Below, piece after piece: positions 26,131 through 33,012 of a DNA stretch of 64,000 bases. The stretch's first letter is position 1. Each line of letters begins with the position of its first letter. Made by a program: the position numbers and the translations under genes. Location of the stretch: NCBI GenBank assembly GCA_049975485.1, contig JBNGDC010000001.1:144996-208995 (forward strand). Reading direction: 5' to 3'. This stretch comes from Phycisphaerae bacterium. Its GTDB lineage: Bacteria; Planctomycetota; Phycisphaerae; SM23-33. Under the pieces are notes generated by a model. The model made no database searches and was not told the DNA's origin. It was given only the letters and a program-made list of their open reading frames with translations.

Positions 26131-26763
26131 ATGCGGATACTCGTAACAGCCGGTCCCACGCGCGAGCCGATCGACTCGGTTCGGTTCATCACCAACGCCT
26201 CCAGCGGACGCATGGGCTGCGCGGTGGCGTCGGCCGCTGTCGAAGCGGGTCACGACGTGACGCTTCTGCTCGGTCCGTGCCCGGCCGAGCCGCCCGCCGG
26301 CTGCGAGGTGCTACGCTTTATGACGGCCGCGGAACTGAAGCGACTGCTTGAAGAGCACTTCCCCGCCTGCGACGCGCTGGTGATGGCGGCGGCCGTTGGA
26401 GACTTCACGCCCGAAAGACCGGCCGTTGGCAAGCTGCGGCGTTCGTCGGGACCGGTGGAGCTTCGACTGCTGCCTACCGACGACCTGCTCGCCGGCGTTG
26501 CCGCAGGCAAACGACCGGGTCAGAGAATCGTCGCCTTTGCCGTGGAAGCCGGCGACGAGGACGCGATGTCCGCCGCGGCCAGGCGCAAGCTCACCGCCAA
26601 GGGGGCCGATTTCATCGTGGTCAACTCTCCGGAGGCAATGAGCGCCGAGACCAGCCGTGCAGCCATCCTCACCGCCGACGATGTCCTGCTGCCCTGGGGC
26701 GAGCGGACCAAAACGGAGCTGGCGGCGGAGATAGTCAAACTACCGGCGACGGGCGGGAATTGA
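26131..26763 (+). CDS. coaB: phosphopantothenate--cysteine ligase (CoaB half of CoaBC)
   Basis: ILVTAGPTREPIDSVRFITNASSGRMG, AAAVGDF, KADFIV-type motifs. It sits 600 bp downstream of coaC, with hicAB in between. Confidence 0.8.
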   Translation: MRILVTAGPTREPIDSVRFITNASSGRMGCAVASAAVEAGHDVTLLLGPCPAEPPAGCEVLRFMTAAELKRLLEEHFPACDALVMAAAVGDFTPERPAVGKLRRSSGPVELRLLPTDDLLAGVAAGKRPGQRIVAFAVEAGDEDAMSAAARRKLTAKGADFIVVNSPEAMSAETSRAAILTADDVLLPWGERTKTELAAEIVKLPATGGN

Positions 26764-26779
26764 CTCTATGCGCACAAAC

Positions 26780-26840
26780 TTTCCGCTCCCTTCCAGTCGC
26801 GGCTAGCCGCGAGCGACAGCGAGCGGAAACGAGCAAGATT
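26780..26840. repeat. 34-bp intergenic repeat with nested hairpin, copy 2
   Basis: Outer perfect 9-bp inverted repeat TTTCCGCTC ... GAGCGGAAA, with an inner CGCGGC-TA-GCCGCG palindrome. The core 26797-26830 matches 3077-3110 at 31 of 34 positions. It lies directly after the coaB stop and the convergent thyA-like stop. Confidence 0.6.
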
Positions 26841-26844
26841 CGGC

Positions 26845-27675
26845 TTACTGACCCACAAGCTCTTCGCGGCGCTGTCTCAGCAGGGGCTTTTTATCCTCGG
26901 GCATGTCCGGCTCGGCCAGGAGCTTGTCCAGCCCTTCGACGAAGAAGTCCCTGGCGAAATCGGTGCTGAAGACGCGCTGGTCCTCGGGCCTGGTTTCGAT
27001 GGTCTTGAGAAAACCCTCGAAGTCCTGAAAGTAGCTGCCGTAGATGTGAAAGCTGTCGGCGATGTGTATGTACTCGCCCGGCTCTACGCCCACCTGGCGG
27101 GCGATATCCTCCTGAAGCTCGGTGAAGGCGTACATGTTCATGAAGGCGGCCTTGAAGGCGTCGTTGCTGCGCATGTGCGCGTTCATGTGCAGCCGCCCGT
27201 CGGAAATGCGGAACCACAGCCGCTGGAGGCACGCGGGGTCGTTGATGTTCAGGTCGTTCCACACCTGCCAGGTAACCGCCTGGGCGCGGCGGGTGTGTCC
27301 GACGCTCTTGAGTTTCTCAACGACGGCCGCGAGCTGGTCGATACGCTCGCCGTCCGGCAGGGCGTAGCTGCGCAGGCGCTCGTGGTAGGTGTATTCCCAC
27401 TTGCCGGCGGCGGGGTCTATCCAGTGGTCGTGCACGCCGTAGAGGACTTCGGCGCGGTATTTTTCCAGGTCGTCCAGTCCGCCGGGGAACGCCCGGTGTA
27501 CGCGCGGCTCCCGGAAGGGGTGGGTCACATGAACCACGGCCGTCACGTCCCGACTGTTCGGGTCATCCGGACGGTCGTACTCGGTGGGGAAGCTCTCGCC
27601 CTCGCGCCAGCAGGCGACGACGGCCCGCTCCCAGCCGACGGGGAGCGTCTCGGCGACGACGTGTATCGACTTCAT
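26845..27675 (-). CDS. thymidylate synthase (ThyA) superfamily protein, divergent
   Basis: The C-terminal 170 aa align to the ThyA core: the catalytic Cys is in NDPACLQRLWF (PCH becomes ACL), and HMRSNDAF, FMNMYAFTEL and IHIADSFHIY correspond to YQRSCDVF, FNIASYALL and HTLGDAHLY. The N-terminal 110 aa are unlike canonical ThyA. The start is set at 27675 (GGAGG RBS). Confidence 0.6.
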   Translation of the reverse strand: MKSIHVVAETLPVGWERAVVACWREGESFPTEYDRPDDPNSRDVTAVVHVTHPFREPRVHRAFPGGLDDLEKYRAEVLYGVHDHWIDPAAGKWEYTYHERLRSYALPDGERIDQLAAVVEKLKSVGHTRRAQAVTWQVWNDLNINDPACLQRLWFRISDGRLHMNAHMRSNDAFKAAFMNMYAFTELQEDIARQVGVEPGEYIHIADSFHIYGSYFQDFEGFLKTIETRPEDQRVFSTDFARDFFVEGLDKLLAEPDMPEDKKPLLRQRREELVGQ

Positions 27676-27749
27676 CCTGCCTCCATGCTCGGCGGCACAG
27701 ACCGCAGACATCCTTGTACGCGCGGCGACGGCGTCGGTCAAGCCGTCGT

Positions 27750-28628
27750 TTACAACTTCAGCGATTTGATGATGGAACCGACCGGCTCGGCCCGGTTGAG
27801 GCAGTAGAAATGCAGTCCGGGCGCGCCGCGGTCCAGCAGGTCCTGCGCCTGGCTGACGGCGTAGTCCGTGCCGCGGGCGATCGTCGCGTCGGCGTCGCCC
27901 TTTATAGGATCGAAGATTTCGTGGATGGTATGCGGCACGGTTGCGCCGCAGTTGGCCGCGAAATCCACCAGCTTCTCATAGTCCGTCACGGGCAGCAGGC
28001 CCGGGATAATACGAAGCGTCACGCCCGCCTCACGCACGCGCTGCAGGTACTCCCAGTACAGCATGTTCTCGAAGAAGAACTGCGTGATGCAGTAGTCGGC
28101 CCCGGCGTCCTGTTTCATCTTCAGGAAGTGACTGTCCACGTCCAGGTTCGGCGCCAGGGGGTGGCTTTCGGGAAAGCCCGCCACGCCGATGGAGAAGTGG
28201 TCGTCATGCTCGGAGCGGGTCATCTCCACGAGCTGGTAAGCGTAACGGGGCTGGTCCGGACGGAACTGGTAATCGCGTTCGTGTTGCGGCGGGTCGCCCC
28301 GCAGCGCCATGAGGTTCCGAACGCCGGCGTTTTTCATGCGGTCCAGCTCCCGGCGGATGGAATCCCAAGTGTGCTTGATGCAGGTAAAATGGTGCACCAC
28401 GGGTATGTCAAATTGCTGGATAAGTTCCTCGGCCGTCCGCAGTGTGTTCTCCGCGGTCGTACCGCCGGCTCCGTAGGTGACGCTGAACCAGTCGGCGCCC
28501 AGGTCCACGAGCTTCTCGGCCGTATCGAACAGCCGATCCCGACCCTTGTCGGTCTTGGGCGGGAAGAACTCGAACGAAAGCGTTCGCTGCTTTTGTGCGA
28601 ATACGTCGGTTATCTTGTCCTGCGGCAT
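27750..28628 (-). CDS. metF: 5,10-methylenetetrahydrofolate reductase
   Basis: FEFFPPKT, VTYGAGG, ALRGDPP, ITQFFF and HFYCLNRAE match E. coli MetF along the full length. Confidence 0.9.
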   Translation of the reverse strand: MPQDKITDVFAQKQRTLSFEFFPPKTDKGRDRLFDTAEKLVDLGADWFSVTYGAGGTTAENTLRTAEELIQQFDIPVVHHFTCIKHTWDSIRRELDRMKNAGVRNLMALRGDPPQHERDYQFRPDQPRYAYQLVEMTRSEHDDHFSIGVAGFPESHPLAPNLDVDSHFLKMKQDAGADYCITQFFFENMLYWEYLQRVREAGVTLRIIPGLLPVTDYEKLVDFAANCGATVPHTIHEIFDPIKGDADATIARGTDYAVSQAQDLLDRGAPGLHFYCLNRAEPVGSIIKSLKL

Positions 28629-28782
28629 ATGGCTATGACTCCTTGTGATCGCGAAATCGATGCGAATCGCCGGGCGTTTTCCGTCCGGTCACGCCTGAGG
28701 CCCACGAAGATCGGCCGGCGATACCGGGCACGGACACCCCGCTATCTGGACTGGAGCGACCCGAAAGTATATAGCCCGACGG

Positions 28783-29526
28783 TCAGTACTCGCAAGGTGG
28801 TTCTTTGCCCACCTCCCGGAGCAGGGCGTCGGCCGCTGAGATCTGCTGTTCGGTGCCTTCCACGCCCACCCATAGTGCCCCCTCGGCCCCATGTACGCCG
28901 CCCGCGGCCAGCAGTCGCAGGCACGCGCCGGTGAGCAGTTCGACTGCTTCGAACTCGGTGAACGCCTCGCCGGGCAGAGGCAGCAGGCCCGGGCCCTCAC
29001 CCCGGCCGGGGTCGATCTCGGCGGCCAGCGAGTCCACGTCCTCGAATATGCGCTTTTCCAGCCCGACCGGCACGATGAGCTTTGTACCGCGACCCGCCAC
29101 GGCCGCGATTACGGCGCCGGCGGTGCCGGCCTGTGGGTGGCCTATCAGCACGGCGGGACGGCCCCTGGGGTCCAGGGCGTTCGCTCCCTTGAGGATCAGA
29201 TCGTCCGGGCCGAGATCGTCGGCGACGTCGAATATCTGCTTGCCCTTGAGCCACTTGCCGTCGCGTATGATTACGTCGCCGGCGAATTCGCCCCCGTCGG
29301 CCTTGACGTGGGGCGGGCAGACCACCCCGCGCCGGAAACCCTTTGCAGAGAACCCATCGGCCTCCCCGAGGGTGGCAAGCACCTCCTGTGCGACGTAAGC
29401 GTTTGTTGTGCCGGCTACTATGGCGAGCGTTCCGGATCGCAGCGCGGCCGTGACTTGCGGGTGCTCTGCCAGGGCCTTCGCAATGAGCCGCTTTCCCGCC
29501 GCAGGTGTTATGACGTACTGCTTCAT
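28783..29526 (-). CDS. hypothetical protein (248 aa, Gly/Ala-rich, no family assigned)
   Basis: MKQYVITPAAGKRLIAKALAEHPQVTAALRSGTLAIVAGTTNAYV.... The start is chosen at an internal ATG with an AAGGCGAAGGA RBS. It lies between the BMC shell gene and metF. Confidence 0.4.
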   Translation of the reverse strand: MKQYVITPAAGKRLIAKALAEHPQVTAALRSGTLAIVAGTTNAYVAQEVLATLGEADGFSAKGFRRGVVCPPHVKADGGEFAGDVIIRDGKWLKGKQIFDVADDLGPDDLILKGANALDPRGRPAVLIGHPQAGTAGAVIAAVAGRGTKLIVPVGLEKRIFEDVDSLAAEIDPGRGEGPGLLPLPGEAFTEFEAVELLTGACLRLLAAGGVHGAEGALWVGVEGTEQQISAADALLREVGKEPPCEY

Positions 29527-29676
29527 ATCTTCGGTCCTTCGCCTTTGATATTGGGACGAATGTGGAACGGCATTCCTCAAAACGCGGCCGGGATGAACAC
29601 GGGTAACCGCAGTTCTTACTGCTTATAGCTGTTGTCATCAACCACGTTCCTGCTGCCGCAGGAGCGTGGCAGCAGG

Positions 29677-30264
29677 CTAGATGAATTCGCTGAACAACTC
29701 GCGGTTCGGTCTGGCGATGACCACTTCCGAGACCAGCAGGCCTCGCTCACGGGCCTCGGCGGCGCCGGCGCGTACGCCCGATTCGCAGTCCGCGATGGTC
29801 CCGGTCATCAGGCAGTAGCCCTTCCCGCCCAATGCCATCGCCACGTGTATGCGGAACAGCGTCACGCGTGCCGCCTTGGCGGCAGCGTCGGCGGCCGCGA
29901 CTACGCTCACGCCGCTGAACGTCTCCAGCACTCCCATCGCTTCGACTCTCTCGTCCTCGAGCACCACGGATTGGCCAAGTGCCGGAAACACGCCCGGATG
30001 GACGTTGGGGATCACGAGCTGGTCTATGATGGACTCTCCGGCGGCCTCCACGCCGGCGTTGACCGCCGCCCGGACGTCGCTGACGCCGCCGCCGATGACG
30101 ATGAAGTACTTGCCCGAGCAGATGGTCCTTGCCAGCAGTATCTCGACGTTGGCGGCGTCCAGCATTGTGTCCTGTACGCGGTATCCGATGCCGATGCTGG
30201 TAAGCTCCACCGCTCCTATGCTGCGGGGTGCCCCGGATGCGTGGTTTTGGCTTGCCTCGGCCAT
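29677..30264 (-). CDS. bacterial microcompartment shell protein, tandem BMC-domain (BMC-T, PduT-like)
   Basis: Two canonical BMC (Pfam00936-type) domains: IGAVELTSIGIGYRVQDTMLDAANVEILL...VIGGGVSDVRAAVNAGVEAAGESIIDQLVIPNVHPG, and MGVLETFSGVSVVAAADAAAKAARVTLF...LMTGTIADCESGVRAGAAEARERGLLVSEVVIARPN. Both align residue-by-residue to PduA/CcmK. 195 aa, like PduT. Confidence 0.8.
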   Translation of the reverse strand: MAEASQNHASGAPRSIGAVELTSIGIGYRVQDTMLDAANVEILLARTICSGKYFIVIGGGVSDVRAAVNAGVEAAGESIIDQLVIPNVHPGVFPALGQSVVLEDERVEAMGVLETFSGVSVVAAADAAAKAARVTLFRIHVAMALGGKGYCLMTGTIADCESGVRAGAAEARERGLLVSEVVIARPNRELFSEFI

Positions 30265-30285
30265 GATTATCCTCGAATGCTCTGG

Positions 30286-31614
30286 TTAGCTCTCGATCGT
30301 GACGGTCGATTCATCCACTGCCGTTACCGTGCCGCCGATGGAAGCGTGTATGGGCGCGCCCAGGGCGGGCTTGCCGTCCTTTATGGGCGGGCTTGCGATA
30401 AGGTCGCCCACCGACACCTTCTGTCCGCTCTTGACCTTCGGCTCGCAGGGGGCGCCCACGTGCTGTTTCAGCGGCAGCTTGACCGAAGCCGGCTGCGGGG
30501 ACTCATCCAGCAGGGGACCGACGTTGTGGAAGCCGTCAAGCCCCAGCTTGGTCATCAGTCGTCGCATGGGGGCCTTGCGGTTGCTCATGTGCAGCTCCGG
30601 CCGTCGCGGGTTGAACGGCGGGTCCGTCCACTTGCGCCCTTCTTCGGCGAGGCGACGCTTGTTGACCGCGCAGACGTCCTTGGGGTCGAGGTCCTCCGGG
30701 CAGGCGTACATGCTGCACAGGTTGCATTCGCAGCAGAAGCTCGTGCCGATGACGTTCGGCTCACCGACGAGGTTGAACTCCAGCGAACGCATTGCCTTGT
30801 GCGGCTCGATGGGATGCCCCAGCAGATAACGCGGGCAAAGCTCGGTGCAGAAACTGCACTGGTCGCAGGCGCTGCGGCCGATGCGTTCGCGCTGACTGGC
30901 CGTGCGGGTGTAGCGCCTCGTTACAGTGTGCTCGCCGCCGAGCACAATCACCGCGCCGGTGGTCTTGAGCACCGGCTCGTCGTGGTCCTCGGACAACCGG
31001 CCCATCATCACGCCCCCGACGATGTAATGCGGGTCGGGTACCGTCGCTCCGCCGGCGGCCGCGACGCAGGCCGAAAGCGGGGTGCCCACAGGCACTCGCA
31101 GGGTGCAGGGGTTCTCCACAGCCCCGGCGACGGATATGAACTTCTCCGTCACGGGCCTTTGGGGTGAGGCGGCCACATTAAGCGCGGTCTCGACGTTCAC
31201 GACCACCGCGCCGACGTTCAGCGGAATGCCGCCAGGCGGAACCACCCGTCCGAGCACCTCGTAAACCAGTATGAACTCATCCCCGGCGGGGTAGGCGTCG
31301 CTCAGCGGGGCGATCTCCATGCCTTCGGGAAGCTTGCCCCGCAGGTGGTCTATGACGTCGGTGTACTTGGCCTTTATGCCGATTACTGCCCGCTCGGCTC
31401 CGACCATATCTTTCACTGCGGCAAAACCGGCAAGCACTTCGTCGGCAAAGTGGTGCAGAACCTGTTTGTCCTTATGCAGCAGGGGTTCGCACTCGGCGGC
31501 GTTCAGCAGGACCGTATCGGCCTTTGCCGAGACTTTTACGTGGGTGGGAAACCCCGCGCCTCCGGCGCCGACGACGCCTGCGGAGAATACCGTTTCAACT
31601 GTAACCGGTTGCAT
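30286..31614 (-). CDS. RnfC/PduS-like NADH-binding Fe-S flavoprotein
   Basis: GAGGAGFPTHVK (SLBB/FMN site of NuoF/RnfC) and two 4Fe-4S ferredoxin motifs (CDQCSFCTELCP and CCECNLCSMYACP). The start is at the second ATG (AGGAG RBS). The C-terminal roughly 70 aa form a barrel-sandwich-like domain. Confidence 0.75.
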   Translation of the reverse strand: MQPVTVETVFSAGVVGAGGAGFPTHVKVSAKADTVLLNAAECEPLLHKDKQVLHHFADEVLAGFAAVKDMVGAERAVIGIKAKYTDVIDHLRGKLPEGMEIAPLSDAYPAGDEFILVYEVLGRVVPPGGIPLNVGAVVVNVETALNVAASPQRPVTEKFISVAGAVENPCTLRVPVGTPLSACVAAAGGATVPDPHYIVGGVMMGRLSEDHDEPVLKTTGAVIVLGGEHTVTRRYTRTASQRERIGRSACDQCSFCTELCPRYLLGHPIEPHKAMRSLEFNLVGEPNVIGTSFCCECNLCSMYACPEDLDPKDVCAVNKRRLAEEGRKWTDPPFNPRRPELHMSNRKAPMRRLMTKLGLDGFHNVGPLLDESPQPASVKLPLKQHVGAPCEPKVKSGQKVSVGDLIASPPIKDGKPALGAPIHASIGGTVTAVDESTVTIES

Positions 31615-31778
31615 GGGAACTCCTGGTGAAAGCTGCCGCGCATGGCGGGGCTGCATGAGGGAGGATACTGAATTGAAGGGACCCAGACAAGCGACCGGGC
31701 CGACATATTCGACGACCCGGACGCCCGGTTATCCGGCGACAGGAAAGCTGTGACCGCCTGGTTGTTATCGATGGGTTT

Positions 31779-32087
31779 TCAGGCCTGCGAAGACCGCTCC
31801 ATGCCCTGCTGGAGCTTATCTTTCATCAGCCGTCCGACCTTGAACTTGACCGTCCGTTTCGGCGGCACGTGGACGCGCTGGAGCGTCTTTGGGTTCTGGG
31901 CAATTCGCGCGGCGCGGTCCTTGGTCTCAAAGACGCCGAAGTCGCGGAACTCAAGTCGGTTGCCACGACCCAGCTCGTTGATTATCTCGTCCAGAAAGCT
32001 CTGGACGACCTGCTTGACCGCAACTCGCTTGATGCCGGTCTCGTCGGCAATGCGGTCAACCAACTCTTTCTTGGTCACCGTATGCAT
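31779..32087 (-). CDS. HU/IHF-family DNA-binding protein
   Basis: 102 aa: TKKELVDRIADETGIKRVAVKQVVQSFLDEI...RDFGVFETKDRAAR...NPKT, the bacterial histone-like fold. Confidence 0.8.
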   Translation of the reverse strand: MHTVTKKELVDRIADETGIKRVAVKQVVQSFLDEIINELGRGNRLEFRDFGVFETKDRAARIAQNPKTLQRVHVPPKRTVKFKVGRLMKDKLQQGMERSSQA

Positions 32088-32468
32088 GTAAGTCCCTTTC
32101 GCTGGTTATCAGCAACTGCTTGGCTTCCAGCGCCAACTCCGTGCCTGGCGGCACCCGGACCTGAATTAACAAGAAATGCGTGAGCTTCGTGCCGCAAGTT
32201 ATCCTAAGCACCAGACTTCGCGGAAACAAGCAAATTCCCTCGCGACAGTGTTGTTGCGCCGGGTGCCGCTTCCACCGCCGCCGGGCGGTTCGCCGCCCGA
32301 TTCTGCGACGTTCGTATCTCTATCATAGGCGTGCACATGGCTGCTTACCACTGTGACGAAGAGACTTCCGCAACTTTTATCCTGCTAACCGAGTCCCCTG
32401 ATGACTGTCTGCTTTCGGTGGAGACCATCCAAGGTGGACGGTCGAGGCCCTTTGAGGAGGTCGCAGCC

Positions 32469-32957
32469 ATGAGAGAAACACTGAGAAAACCGGTGCTCTG
32501 GGGGCTGGTCGGCCTGTTGGTGGTGTTGGTATCAGCGGTCGGTCAGGCCCGCGCCGACGACAGGGGACGTGGGCGTGAGCGGGAGATGGACCGTCGCGAC
32601 CGTGACGACAGAATCGTCATTTTCCGCGACAGAGACCGCTCGAGGCACCATGATGACGGTGACAGGGATCGCTTCAGGCGCTCGGATGATCACAGCCGCC
32701 GTCCGCCGTTCGTGCGGCACGACCGCCGGCCCGATCGGTCATCTCTGTACCATCGTCCGGTACCGCGCGACCGGGACGAGCGGCGACGCGTGACGTATCC
32801 GCACCATAGAACACAGCGGCGCATCACGACGAGGTACCTGGCGTATCCCCGCTTCCAGGTTTACACGCATCAGCCCGTATTCGTCCGCCATCGGATACTG
32901 AGGCCGCATCCGGTGCGCTCGGGTCTGAACTTCAGCATCATCATAGACCTGAGGTGA
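32469..32957 (+). CDS. secreted Arg/Asp-rich low-complexity protein
   Basis: GAGGAGG RBS 8 nt upstream. Signal peptide MRETLRKPVLWGLVGLLVVLVSAVGQARA. The body is dominated by RD/RDR repeats (DRGRGREREMDRRDRDDR...RDRDRSRHHDDGDRDRFRR). The longer track ORF start (32331) is rejected. Confidence 0.5.
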   Translation: MRETLRKPVLWGLVGLLVVLVSAVGQARADDRGRGREREMDRRDRDDRIVIFRDRDRSRHHDDGDRDRFRRSDDHSRRPPFVRHDRRPDRSSLYHRPVPRDRDERRRVTYPHHRTQRRITTRYLAYPRFQVYTHQPVFVRHRILRPHPVRSGLNFSIIIDLR

Positions 32958-33012
32958 AGCTCCGCTGAGGGCGGTTCCGCCGTATGCCCGGCGGCGGGAC
33001 CGCCCGGGGGAG

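Noticed and set aside
29632-31167. 511-aa plus-strand ORF
   Set aside because: It is antisense to the BMC-T and RnfC-like genes, which have strong domain signatures on the minus strand.
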